A DNA stretch of 63,354 nt, the filler included. It is 7 parts of 7 records of this genome, joined end to end, with 100 filler letters (N's around TTAATTAATTAA, not from the genome) between each part and the next. Parts side by side here need not be neighbours in the genome. Positions count along the whole stretch, not along the records: positions 1 to 20,103 come from SRR20825010_2516; 6 more parts are not named here. One strand, 5' to 3'. Under the pieces are notes generated by a model that made no database searches, had not been told where the DNA came from, and saw nothing but the letters and a program-made list of their open reading frames with translations. Positions 9,896 to 20,203 of the stretch are shown here, piece by piece; positions within the stretch are counted from its first letter, which is position 1, and each line of letters opens with the position of its first letter. Both the position numbers and the translations under genes were made by a program.

Positions 9896-10888
9896 ATGCC
9901 CGATTCGTCTTCCAAAACGTACCTGGTTACCGGATGCGCTGGATTCATCGCCAACGAAGTCGCTTCGCAGTTGCTGGCGGCGGGCCATCGCGTGGTCGGA
10001 ATTGACAACGTCAATGACTACTACGACGTGCGTCTGAAAGAACACCGTCTGGAGAAACTGACCTCCCAAGGCGACGCGTTCACGTTCGTGCGAGGTGACA
10101 TCGAAGATCAATCGACTTTGCAACATATTTTCGATGAAAATTCATTTGATGCGGTGCTGAACTTGGCTGCTCGCGCCGGTGTGCGATACAGCATGGAAAA
10201 CCCGCACGTCTACATGACGACCAACGCGATGGGCAGTCTGAATTTGCTCGATCAAATGCAGCGAGTCGGCGTCAAGAAGTACGTGCTCGCGTCGACCTCG
10301 TCGTTGTACGCCGGTCAACCGATGCCATTCATTGAAACGCTTCCCGTCAACACTCCAATCTCACCTTACGCGGCCAGCAAAAAGGCCGCTGAGGCAATGG
10401 CGTACTCGTATCATCATCTGTACGACATCGACGTCTCGGTTTGCCGTTACTTCACTGTGTACGGTCCCGCTGGACGACCTGATATGTGCATCTTCCGATT
10501 CATCAAATGGATCGATGAAGGGACGCCGATTGAACTGTTCGGTGATGGCGAACAGTCTCGCGATTTTACGTATGTGTCTGACATCGCTGCGGGAACCATC
10601 GCGGCACTGAAGCCCGTTGGCTATGAAGTCATCAACTTGGGCGGCGGCGGGACACCGGTCTCTTTGAACGACATCATCGGTCGTCTCGAAAATCTGCTGG
10701 GCAAAAAAGCCAAGGTTGAACACAAGACGTTCCACAAAGCAGATATCAAAATCACGTCGGCTGACATCAGCAAAGCCAATGACTTGATCGGCTGGACACC
10801 GAAGATCGAATTAGACGAAGGATTGGCTGCCTCGGTGGACTGGTATCGTGAAAACCAGCCGTGGTCGAGCGAACTCGAGCTGCCGTAG
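9896..10888 (+). CDS. NAD-dependent nucleotide-sugar epimerase (UDP-glucuronate 4-epimerase-like)
   Basis: TGCAGFIA, LAARAGVRYS, YAASK, FTVYGPAGRPDM, RDFTYV. Confidence 0.92.
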   Translation: MPDSSSKTYLVTGCAGFIANEVASQLLAAGHRVVGIDNVNDYYDVRLKEHRLEKLTSQGDAFTFVRGDIEDQSTLQHIFDENSFDAVLNLAARAGVRYSMENPHVYMTTNAMGSLNLLDQMQRVGVKKYVLASTSSLYAGQPMPFIETLPVNTPISPYAASKKAAEAMAYSYHHLYDIDVSVCRYFTVYGPAGRPDMCIFRFIKWIDEGTPIELFGDGEQSRDFTYVSDIAAGTIAALKPVGYEVINLGGGGTPVSLNDIIGRLENLLGKKAKVEHKTFHKADIKITSADISKANDLIGWTPKIELDEGLAASVDWYRENQPWSSELELP

Positions 10889-11106
10889 GTTTCCGCCGCG
10901 TCTTGAGCGTCGGGCTGTACAAATCCCGTGGCCGGATTCGCCAGAATTCGGATTCTCCTCCATTCCGTCCGAAGGCATCCAAATCGGCCTTCCCGGCACG
11001 GGAACGAAGTTCCCCGTACAATTCGAGACGGAACTGCGGGTGACACGCCCTCCGCATTTCAGCGAAACTATTGGTGCCCGTTGATTCTTTCCGTCCGAGG
11101 TCTCTG

Positions 11107-12864
11107 ATGCATCGTCGTTTGGTTTGTTTCGCAGTCGCTTGCCTGATTTTGGGAAACGCTTGGATTCCGTTGGCCAACGCCGCGACGGGGCGCCAATCCG
11201 AAGGTTCGGACGCGTCTCCGGTCGGAGAGCAGGTGCCGACGTTCACGCTGCCTAACGCCTATGGCAAACCCGTATCGCTGACTGACTTCGAGGGCAAGGA
11301 ATGCGCCGCCATTGTTTTCCTCGGAACAGAGTGCCCATTGGCGAAACTGTATGGTCCGCGGCTGAATGATCTTCAAGAGAAATTCGGCGATCGCGGCCTG
11401 CAGGTCATCGGGATCAACTCGAACAAACAAGACAGCCTGACCGAAGTGGCGGCTTACGTGCATCGTCACGAGATCGCCTTTCCGATGCTGAAGGACAAAG
11501 GCAACGTTGTCGCGGATGCGATGAAAGCCGAGCGAACCCCCGAGGTTTTCTTGATCGATGCGAATCGCGTCGTTCGCTACCACGGCCGGATCGATGACCA
11601 ATACGGAGTCGGCTACGCTCGCGACAAAAAGACTCGCTCTGATCTGGCCATCGCGGTGGAAGAACTGCTGGCCGGAAAATCCATTTCGCAACCCAAGACG
11701 GAGGCCGTTGGTTGCCACATTGGTCGAACCAAACAAGTCGCTGAGCAGGGCGAGATTACCTACACCAAACACATCGCTCCGATTTTCAATTCACGATGTG
11801 TCACTTGTCACCGGGAAGGCGAGATCGCGCCGTTCACCCTGACCAGCTACGATGACACACAAGGTTGGGAAGACACAATCCTCGAAGTGATCGGCAACAA
11901 CCGCATGCCGCCTTGGTCGGCCAACCCGGCACATGGCGAGTTCGCAAACGACGCGAGGTTGTCCGAACAAGAGAAAAAATTGATTGGACAATGGGTCGAT
12001 GGTGGGATGCCCGAGGGGGATCCATCGGACCTGCCTGATCCGCCCGTGTTCACCACGGGGTGGCAGATTGACGAGCCTGATCAAGTCATCCAGATGCGAG
12101 ACAAACCGTTCGATGTGCCCGCCGAAGGTGTGGTCGACTATCAACGATTCGTGATCGATCCTGGTTGGGACGAAGACAAATTCGTGGTCGCCTGCGAAGC
12201 ACGCCCTCAAAACCGAGCAGTCGTCCATCACATTTTGGTCTACGTCATTCCGCCAGGCGGCAGGAACGTGGATCTTCGGAAGGTGTTGGTGGGCTACGCT
12301 CCCGGCAGTACACCGGTTGACTTGGATGACGGTGTCGCAATTCATGCGGAAGCCGGCAGCAAGCTGTTGTTTGAGATGCACTACACGCCCAACGGCACTG
12401 CTCAAAGCGACCTGTCGTACATTGGGGTCAAGTTCACCGACAAAGCCAACGTCAAGAAAGAATTGGAAGGCGCCATCGCTGTCGAAACGAAGTTTCGAAT
12501 TCCGCCGGGCAAGGCCGATCACGTGGTGACGGCAAAGCACACCGTGCGAAGGGACGTCGAGCTTCTCGGGATGACACCGCACATGCACCTGCGTGGCAAA
12601 GCGTTTCGTTACACGGCGCACTTCCCCGATGGCAAAGAAGAAATTTTGCTGGACGTTCCTGCTTATGATTTTAACTGGCAGATGAAATACATCTTGAAGG
12701 AACCGCGAAAGTTACCTCGGGGGACCGTCGTCCACTGCCGTGCGGTCTTTGACAACTCGGAATACAATCTGAGCAACCCCGATCCTTCCAAGACCGTTGG
12801 ATGGGGCGACCAAAGTTGGAATGAAATGATGATCGGCTTCATGGACGTGGTGAAGGCCGACTGA
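11107..12864 (+). CDS. secreted redoxin + c-type heme + copper type II monooxygenase-like multidomain protein
   Basis: signal peptide; redoxin fold (FLGTECP, YHGRIDDQ, GCHI); CVTCH; VVHH, MHY, PHMHLRG, YDFNWQ, NEMM. Confidence 0.8.
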   Translation: MHRRLVCFAVACLILGNAWIPLANAATGRQSEGSDASPVGEQVPTFTLPNAYGKPVSLTDFEGKECAAIVFLGTECPLAKLYGPRLNDLQEKFGDRGLQVIGINSNKQDSLTEVAAYVHRHEIAFPMLKDKGNVVADAMKAERTPEVFLIDANRVVRYHGRIDDQYGVGYARDKKTRSDLAIAVEELLAGKSISQPKTEAVGCHIGRTKQVAEQGEITYTKHIAPIFNSRCVTCHREGEIAPFTLTSYDDTQGWEDTILEVIGNNRMPPWSANPAHGEFANDARLSEQEKKLIGQWVDGGMPEGDPSDLPDPPVFTTGWQIDEPDQVIQMRDKPFDVPAEGVVDYQRFVIDPGWDEDKFVVACEARPQNRAVVHHILVYVIPPGGRNVDLRKVLVGYAPGSTPVDLDDGVAIHAEAGSKLLFEMHYTPNGTAQSDLSYIGVKFTDKANVKKELEGAIAVETKFRIPPGKADHVVTAKHTVRRDVELLGMTPHMHLRGKAFRYTAHFPDGKEEILLDVPAYDFNWQMKYILKEPRKLPRGTVVHCRAVFDNSEYNLSNPDPSKTVGWGDQSWNEMMIGFMDVVKAD

Positions 12865-12892
12865 CTTTGGCAGTCGAACCTTCGAAGAGCCA

Positions 12893-13666
12893 ATGATGAA
12901 CCAAGACCCGCGAATGCTTTTGTCCGGGAGGCTGGTTGGTCTCTCGTTTCTTTGTTTGGCGGTCCTGACGCCGACATTGGCAGACGATGACACCGCCAGA
13001 TCGCCCGCTCGTTTCGATCCAGTTGTACGTGATGTCGAAGGCTGGACGGTGCACATCGAACCTGTTCTTCTGGGTGAAGCTGCTTCGGGTGACGGTGCCT
13101 CCGGAAATGAACACCGCTCGCTGACGATGCTTGCCAACCATCTGCAACGCATCCAGATTCTGCTCCGTCCAGCAGCACTTGCGAAGTTGCAGCAGGTTGA
13201 AATTTGGATCGAAAAAGAGCATCCGAGCTTGGCGGCCATGCAATATCACCCCAGCCGCGGTTGGTTGCTGGGCAATGGTCACGATGAGCGACTGACAAAG
13301 AAGGTTCACATTCCACGAGCGGATCAGTTGCTGTCAAAGGAGCAAATGCTGAAGCATCCCGCAGTGATCTTGCATGAGTTAGCGCATGCCTACCACGATC
13401 AATTCTTGGGCTTCGATCAACCGGAAATCATCGCCGCGTTTGAAGAAGCCAAATTGACGAAGCGATACGAAAACGTTTTGTCGTACACCGGTCAAAACGT
13501 CCGCCACTACGGACTGAGCAACCACAAGGAATACTTCGCCGAAGGCACGGAAGCTTACTTCTATCGCAACGACTTCTTCCCTTTCGTGCGAGCCGAGCTC
13601 AAACAACACGACCCCACGCTGCACGACCTTCTCGGCCGTCTCTGGGGCGAACGTTCGAGCAAGTAG
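12893..13666 (+). CDS. secreted zinc metallopeptidase (HEXXH)
   Basis: LHELAHAYH followed by N.KEYFAEGTEAYF; signal peptide. Confidence 0.82.
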   Translation: MMNQDPRMLLSGRLVGLSFLCLAVLTPTLADDDTARSPARFDPVVRDVEGWTVHIEPVLLGEAASGDGASGNEHRSLTMLANHLQRIQILLRPAALAKLQQVEIWIEKEHPSLAAMQYHPSRGWLLGNGHDERLTKKVHIPRADQLLSKEQMLKHPAVILHELAHAYHDQFLGFDQPEIIAAFEEAKLTKRYENVLSYTGQNVRHYGLSNHKEYFAEGTEAYFYRNDFFPFVRAELKQHDPTLHDLLGRLWGERSSK

Positions 13667-14000
13667 GTTGGAAAGATTAGATGTTCCTCCATGTACCTGT
13701 TTGACGAGCCGCGAAACCTAGCGTGGTGTTGCCCGCAAAACATGCGTTGATGCGAGGGATGCAGGCAGTTCCTTCAGCGGGCAGGATCAAGGACAACATG
13801 TAGCAAAATCGCTTGCTGAAAGCGTCACTGTAGGTCCGATGCACGCTGAAGAGTCCTCTGGGGCTGCCAATTGCCCTTTGGGGGCGAAGTGCTGCCGAAC
13901 ACTTCCACCCCCATGAGCCATGCAAGGCGAACTTGGCACGAGGGTTGCCCTTGCAGGAATGCAAGAAATTGGCATGTTGATCCTTTCCGAGAACGCAGCG

Positions 14001-14978
14001 ATGACCAGCCAAACAAATGATGTCAACCGGCAGACTTGCGGGATGACGATCGTGGAGGTGTTGGTCGCAATCGGCATTGTTGGGGTTCTTGCCGCACTTC
14101 TATTGATGGCAGTGATGCCGATCCGAGAGACGGCCAGGAACGCGTCGTGCAACAACAACCTGCGTCAGATTGGTCTTGCACTTCTAGCCTATGAAGCGAC
14201 CTGGAAATCGTTTCCACCCGGCACAAGTTTCGACGGGATCTCCGCTCATGCCCGGTTGCTGCCACAAGTCGAGGAAGGTGCGTTGTTCGAAAAGATGAAC
14301 TTCGACGCTTCTTTCCACGATCAGGCTCCCGAACTGAGATTTGCACCGGCTGTGTTTCTGTGCCCCAGTCGAGTGACACCTGACCAGCGAACAATCGCTG
14401 CGACAGGACCAACCAACTACTTGTTCATCGCTGGTGGTGGTTTGCCTGGCGTCGAAAATGGAGTCATCGTTGGGACACCGGAGGATGGCAAGTTCATCCG
14501 AATGGCCAGCATCACCGATGGTCAGTCCAACACTGCTGTGATGACCGAGTGTGCGACCACCCCGGTCGTTTCTCCGAAGAGCAAGCCAGCGTACGGATGG
14601 CAAACTTCGCTGTTCAAGACGTCCAAGCGATACGACGTAGCAACTGAGCTGGACGCATTCACGAGTGAATGCATTGTCATCGGTGAAAATCCAAGTGAGT
14701 ATCTTGAACGACGTTCGAGAGGCCTTGGTTCGGAATGGCTCTTCGGATCACTGGGTATCACACGAATCATAAATTCGATTCCTGATCTGGCAACCAACTG
14801 CACAAATCGAGGTTCGACCGTCTCTGGGCTTTACTCGCCCTCAAGCAATCATCGGTCGACATTCGGAATTGTCTTTGCCGATGGTTCAGTACATGCGTTA
14901 ACTCGCGAGATTGATCCTGACCTATGGAAGGCAATCGGTTCCATCAACGGGCGAGAGTCGTTCAACGGTATTTTGTGA
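14001..14978 (+). CDS. DUF1559 prepilin-type protein with H-X9-DG motif
   Basis: CG|MTIVEVLVAIGIVGVL, RETAR..C.NNLRQIGLAL, ITDGQSNT, HRSTFGIVFADG; ATG 14001 chosen as start. Confidence 0.88.
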   Translation: MTSQTNDVNRQTCGMTIVEVLVAIGIVGVLAALLLMAVMPIRETARNASCNNNLRQIGLALLAYEATWKSFPPGTSFDGISAHARLLPQVEEGALFEKMNFDASFHDQAPELRFAPAVFLCPSRVTPDQRTIAATGPTNYLFIAGGGLPGVENGVIVGTPEDGKFIRMASITDGQSNTAVMTECATTPVVSPKSKPAYGWQTSLFKTSKRYDVATELDAFTSECIVIGENPSEYLERRSRGLGSEWLFGSLGITRIINSIPDLATNCTNRGSTVSGLYSPSSNHRSTFGIVFADGSVHALTREIDPDLWKAIGSINGRESFNGIL

Positions 14979-15133
14979 ATCGATCTCGATTGACCTGGCT
15001 GCTTAGTGCTTTCATGCGTCGGTGCAGTAGAGCAGCAACATGCCCTTCAGGTGGCTCCACGCTCTCGGACGAAGATGGAATGAATGTGGTGCGCCAAGGT
15101 TGGTGTATTTGGTTTTTGAAGTTGGAGTGTGGC

Positions 15134-16189
15134 ATGAAGTGGGGTGTCGTTTGCTCAATCGTCCTGGTCCTCGACAGTCTCGGTTCACACGGTGATGAGG
15201 CAATCAATCCTGCCTCTTCCGCGGAAGAGCATCAGCTCATCCAAAACGTTTTCGATGGTCTCGCGGAATTAGAAGAGTGCGGCTGGCAGACCAACGGTGA
15301 CTTTATCTGTGCGGCTGCGGGAGAGCTTCGCAACAACACTGGCGATGGCGTGCCGTTTCTTCCATTTTTGTCCGTTCAGGGCAGTAGCCTTTCAGAGGCG
15401 TCATCGATCGACGCGTCCGCATTGGTGAAGAGCCATGTCGAAAACGGAACTCCAAATCGTGAGGAGTGGTTTGGAGTTCAGAAACGGGGAGAGCAAGTAT
15501 TTAAACTTGGGCGAATCATGCGGCGTGGCCCTGCGGATTTGTTGCGTCCCAAGCCAGACGGTGTGGAAGCATCCGATTTTCTCTCGGGAACTCGCCGTTT
15601 GATGGCCACCTTTGAGCCGATCTACGACATCCTCTGGTACCCAAGTGCTTTGCGCAGCACTCGGCGCACGGGCAAGCATTCGATCCAAAATTTTCTCGCG
15701 TTGAGAGAAATTGAGTCTGTCACCCGTGGTTTGGGTGATGAGATCATTTGTAGCTGGGAGTTTGCGGATCCGTCAAAATCGGTTCGGAGCAATGTCAAGA
15801 CGTTCCATAGCGAGCGTTTGAACTGGCTTCCGACGAAGGTCGAGTACTACCACGGTGATCAATGGCGGGACTATGAAAGGGTCTCGCGACTGCAGATTCG
15901 TTGGAAGGAATTTGGCGACCGGTTGTTTCCCTCGCGGATTCTTACCGAATACCGCCCCGTTCCTTATGATCGCGAGTCGACCACAAATTTGGACGTGCAA
16001 TTGCATTGGTCATTCGAACGCCCAGAAGTTACACAGATATTCAGTCAACGTCCTGAATTCGTCCGTGGTGCCATCCTTGATCACTTTGAAATCCAGCACC
16101 AAGAACCTTCCCCTAATGGTCTCGTCTTTCCGCTGGATTGGTCACCGCCAACTGAACTGCTGGAGCCGTTCGAATCATCGGCCAAGTAG
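15134..16189 (+). CDS. secreted hypothetical protein
   Basis: GGAG upstream of ATG 15134; signal-like MKWGVVCSIVLVL. Confidence 0.65.
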   Translation: MKWGVVCSIVLVLDSLGSHGDEAINPASSAEEHQLIQNVFDGLAELEECGWQTNGDFICAAAGELRNNTGDGVPFLPFLSVQGSSLSEASSIDASALVKSHVENGTPNREEWFGVQKRGEQVFKLGRIMRRGPADLLRPKPDGVEASDFLSGTRRLMATFEPIYDILWYPSALRSTRRTGKHSIQNFLALREIESVTRGLGDEIICSWEFADPSKSVRSNVKTFHSERLNWLPTKVEYYHGDQWRDYERVSRLQIRWKEFGDRLFPSRILTEYRPVPYDRESTTNLDVQLHWSFERPEVTQIFSQRPEFVRGAILDHFEIQHQEPSPNGLVFPLDWSPPTELLEPFESSAK

Positions 16190-16296
16190 TGACTGCCGTG
16201 ATTTCAAGTGCGGTTGGGGTTTCTGTTCCAGTGTTCTTCGTTTTGGATCGTGACGTTGCGGAGGTCATGAGCTTGTCATGGAGGCAATGTTGGCAG

Positions 16297-19200
16297 TTAT
16301 TGGTGGATTGGCATCTCGAAGGCTGAGGGTTCTGATTCGAGAAACATCCACGACGTATCGATCTCGACGTCATTCCAATGCTGAAGGGTTCCGTTTGGCC
16401 ACCGAACTTCGACATCGACATTGTTTTCTTGGTGTCCCAAACCAATCGTCATTTCCGGTTCGTCACGGCAAAGGAAACCATCCCCTGAGGTCACGCGATG
16501 TGTGTAGGTGCGATCCTTGCCTATCACCTTGATTGCCGCACCCACGGCGTTCCGAGTGGATGTTTTGCCTACCAAGGAAACGCGAATCCAATGGTGAGCG
16601 GTCTCCGTGCGGTTGAGTAGGATCGCCGAGTTTTCATTCAAATTGGTGATGGCAACGTCATCGCGACCATCGCCATCAAAATCCAATCGAGCCATTGCCC
16701 GGCCCACATGTGGTCGCGACCAATAGCCGCTTGAATCAGACACCGGTTGCAGCTGATATTTTTTGTCCTGCCGAACGAGCAACTGCATGGGTTGCTCATA
16801 CGGTGGAGTCTGTTCGGCGGGATCATCGATGTATCCGTTGGTCACCATCAAATCAGGCAGACCATTGAGGTCAAAGTCTAACGCCGCGGTGCCGAATCCA
16901 AGCACATTGAAGCTATGCCGATGAAGTCCGCTTCCGATGGAATGGTCCCGATATCCAGAGCGGCATCCGTAGAAAAGCGAGGCCGGTTCGTCTTGGAAAT
17001 TGGTGATGTGCAAATCCTCCTGCCCATCCTGATTGAAATCAGCGGCGGCGATTCCCATGGATGCCGACGGATTTCCAAAACTTCCGAACGCACAACCGTG
17101 AACCATCGCTGTTTCCTCCCATCCGTGTTGGGCGACGTTGGAATGCGTCCAAAGACGATCGTTTTGCTGGTCGTTCCCAACGAAGATTGAGTTGACCTGA
17201 ACGTCTGAGGCATTTTTTCCAGCAATTGTTTTTCCGACATCCAGTCCGACAATGATTCCCAACGATGTGTCGGTCACAGTTTCTTCGGATGCACGGATTT
17301 CATCAAAATCGTCTTCCCAACCAGTTGGAGTCCCAAGTAATGCGAGGTTGGCGGCTCCTGCAAAACTAGCCGGTCCGATCAAGTAAGTTGGTCGGCCTTC
17401 TTCGTTGACCGGCGGCTTCTTCCAAATCTCCTCGCTGTCGGCATACGCCAGGGCAATCAGATCCTGCAGGCCGTCCGCGTTGATATCCGAGATGACAATC
17501 GATGAAGGAAGCCAAGTGGTCGGCTTTTCAAGCAGGACACTGCGTTGAAATGTGCCATCGCCACGATTGGTCAACAGGACAACGGAACCGAACTGGTTCA
17601 CAGCTAGGTCGTCGAACCCATCCTGATTCCAGTCGCCCGCCGTGACACCTAGTGTGTACATGGTTTCGCCAGTTCCCGCCCACTGACTGATGTCTTTTAC
17701 CTGAGTCTCAATGTTCCGGTACAGCGGATTGGGTTCGTCCGATTGGAAGTCTGGCGGGTCAGCGGCTCCTTGTGCGCAATAGAGATCACAGCGACCGTCC
17801 AGGTCAAAATCGATCGCCGCAATACCACCACCGAGCGATTGATAGATCGCAAACGCCTTGGACTGTGGTTCCTTCGCGACACGAAATTGGTGATTCAAAC
17901 CAACATCCGCGGCGATGTTTTGCCAAACTGCCGTTTCAGGTGGTGAGGGCCAATCGTATGAACGATTGCTTGACGCGATCCGTGGCTGATTGGATCGATC
18001 GGGGGTCTTGCCGGAGTCCGGCAAGAGGATGTTTCGTTTTGCATCTGGAAGTGATGACGGCGGAAAGGCATTGTCTGATTGGGCGATGCTGGAAAATTGA
18101 TCCACCAACGCACGCACTTGGTCAGCCGAATCGCTTTGGCGACTCGCCGCAATGGTCCGCCACAAAACGGATTCCAATGGTCGGTCGAGTGAGTCCAGTG
18201 CGTCGGCAAGTTCTTGCATCGTGTCCTCGGAAGGACTATCCGCAATTTGATTGCTCAGTCGAATTGTTTTGAGTACCTGACGAAATCTTTGGTGATGTTG
18301 GTCAGCCAATTGAAGCTTGCCAGACGTGCGGTAGGCCTGACTGAGTCTCTGGATAGAACTGGCGTCGGTCGGGTCGATGGTAACGGCATTGGAGAATGCT
18401 GAGATGGCAGCTTCGAAGTTCTTTCGTCGAAGTGAGTGAATGCCCAGCGCGGCCCAATAGTCCGGATAGGCTTGTTGGTCGACGCGACCTTGTGCCAGTC
18501 GCTCTTCCACCATTTTGTCTTGTTGAAGCTCGGCCAACATGCGGGTGTGAAATGCCTCCACATCCGGTGTCTGGTATTGCGTTGGAGGGCGGGATGCCAA
18601 TTGATCCGCTGCTCCTTGGTAGTCATGTTGCTTTGCCAGTTGACGAGCTTTTGCAACCGGACCGATCGGCCGACTGCTGTCGACCTGAGAGATCGAGATT
18701 AACGCAGCGAGTTCCGGTCGCCGCACATCACCGCTGCGGCACAACTGTCTCAGAGAACCCTGAGCGAGTTGCGGACGACCCATTCGAATCATCAGGCCTG
18801 CTAAGCGGCGGTGAATCATCACGGCATCGGGAGCGACGCGAAGCATTTGGCGATAGCAGTCCGCGGCTTCTTCTGAACGCCCGAGTTGTACAAGCCAATC
18901 AGCCGTTGTTCCCAGAGCTGGCAACGCTGCGTCGGACTCTTGGATAGCCGGATGTCGGAGTGTCTTGATGGCCGTCTCTAGATCGTCTGATGCCGCATGA
19001 AGTTGAGCAAGTGTGAACAACGCGATAGGGTCGTCGGGACTAGCAATCAAATACGGATGCAAAATCTTCTCGGCACCGCGAAGATCACCTTCCGCGATCA
19101 ATGATTGAACTTGTTCAGCAGGAAACGGCATTGCTTCTGAGTTGACGCTCGCGTCCAGAGACTGTTTCGCGGTCGAGTTGGACTTAGCCGACACTGGTTC

Positions 19201-19458
19201 TGAGACAAGCGGATTCGATGCCAGATCCGGATCCACGCTTGTGTCTTCGGAAAGTGGGCTCGAAGAATTCGTGGTGCTTGTCTGTCCACTTTCATTTCGC
19301 GGCGACGATGATCGATCCGAGTTGCAGCCGAACAACAAAGGCAAAATCAAAAACGTCGTGAGAGCCTTCCATCCAGTCCATTTTGAATCAACAAATCGTC
19401 CATTCCACGGGCGAGGTAGGTGGTCGTCTTGATGCAGCGTCAAACGCTCTCGACTCAT
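16297..19458 (-). CDS. TPR + FG-GAP repeat + ASPIC/UnbV (CRTAC1-like) lipoprotein
   Basis: lipobox LLFGC; TPR-like helices; repeated DFDLDG/DWNQDG/DINADG/DFNQDG/DFDGDG motifs; C-terminal AVGA.I.V...GDGFLC...IGLG...VRWPNG. Confidence 0.9.
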   Translation of the reverse strand: MSRERLTLHQDDHLPRPWNGRFVDSKWTGWKALTTFLILPLLFGCNSDRSSSPRNESGQTSTTNSSSPLSEDTSVDPDLASNPLVSEPVSAKSNSTAKQSLDASVNSEAMPFPAEQVQSLIAEGDLRGAEKILHPYLIASPDDPIALFTLAQLHAASDDLETAIKTLRHPAIQESDAALPALGTTADWLVQLGRSEEAADCYRQMLRVAPDAVMIHRRLAGLMIRMGRPQLAQGSLRQLCRSGDVRRPELAALISISQVDSSRPIGPVAKARQLAKQHDYQGAADQLASRPPTQYQTPDVEAFHTRMLAELQQDKMVEERLAQGRVDQQAYPDYWAALGIHSLRRKNFEAAISAFSNAVTIDPTDASSIQRLSQAYRTSGKLQLADQHHQRFRQVLKTIRLSNQIADSPSEDTMQELADALDSLDRPLESVLWRTIAASRQSDSADQVRALVDQFSSIAQSDNAFPPSSLPDAKRNILLPDSGKTPDRSNQPRIASSNRSYDWPSPPETAVWQNIAADVGLNHQFRVAKEPQSKAFAIYQSLGGGIAAIDFDLDGRCDLYCAQGAADPPDFQSDEPNPLYRNIETQVKDISQWAGTGETMYTLGVTAGDWNQDGFDDLAVNQFGSVVLLTNRGDGTFQRSVLLEKPTTWLPSSIVISDINADGLQDLIALAYADSEEIWKKPPVNEEGRPTYLIGPASFAGAANLALLGTPTGWEDDFDEIRASEETVTDTSLGIIVGLDVGKTIAGKNASDVQVNSIFVGNDQQNDRLWTHSNVAQHGWEETAMVHGCAFGSFGNPSASMGIAAADFNQDGQEDLHITNFQDEPASLFYGCRSGYRDHSIGSGLHRHSFNVLGFGTAALDFDLNGLPDLMVTNGYIDDPAEQTPPYEQPMQLLVRQDKKYQLQPVSDSSGYWSRPHVGRAMARLDFDGDGRDDVAITNLNENSAILLNRTETAHHWIRVSLVGKTSTRNAVGAAIKVIGKDRTYTHRVTSGDGFLCRDEPEMTIGLGHQENNVDVEVRWPNGTLQHWNDVEIDTSWMFLESEPSAFEMPIHQ

Positions 19459-20103
19459 TTACGGACCTTTGAAGAAGACTGATTCATGTGGATTTCAGTG
19501 TCGCGATAGTGCAGTCGAGTTGTCGCTGCTGCTGCGATCGAACGAAATCACGGAATGGGGGCAGTCAAAGTGTCAGTCGTAGGAACCACGTGGGTAAATG
19601 CGAACTCTGAGCGTTGTTCGTTTCAATGAACTACCTGGTTCGTGGTGGGCGGACTTTTGGGATGGACTCGGGCGTCTGAAGCACCAATGTTTTTCGTGTT
19701 TTCTGAAATCAAAACGACTGTCCCGTTGTGGCTCGACCATCCGTTGCCTTCCCCGTCAATGTTGGAGGGCCTTGGTTTGGTTGAAACGAACAATCGAGTG
19801 ACATGTCAAGCAACTTGGTTTTGATGACCGTCTTCGTGATCTCAATCGGCGGCATCGAAGCCACTGGACTTTTGAATCGCAAAGACGCGACGAGTGGCAG
19901 CTTTGTTCTTCGCCGTACAAAGGGGACACGATTGTTCAGGCGGCGCTGATCCCTCTTGGAGATGGCACAGACCATCCTCGCCACACTTGGAGCAAACGGA
20001 CTTCGCGATCCATGTGTTCAATCTACGTGCGGATCTCTTGAGCTTTGTGATTGTGAAGAACCTCTGTGATCACCTAGTACTACAGCGCTAAGTTTTGGGC
20101 CAT

Positions 20104-20203
20104 NNNNNNNNNNNNNNNNNNNNNNNNNNNNNNNNNNNNNNNNNNNNTTAATTAATTAANNNNNNNNNNNNNNNNNNNNNNNNNNNNNNNNNNNNNNNNN
20201 NNN
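20104..20203. other. artificial contig linker
   Basis: N44-TTAATTAATTAA-N44, stop codons in all six frames. Confidence 0.98.

Noticed and set aside
19460-20070. Short ORFs upstream of the FG-GAP gene as precursor peptides
   Set aside because: No RBS, leader motif or modifying enzymes to support any of them.
20148-20159. Recurring TTAATTAATTAA as a biological repeat or CRISPR-like unit
   Set aside because: Always centred in N runs; a standard six-frame stop spacer.
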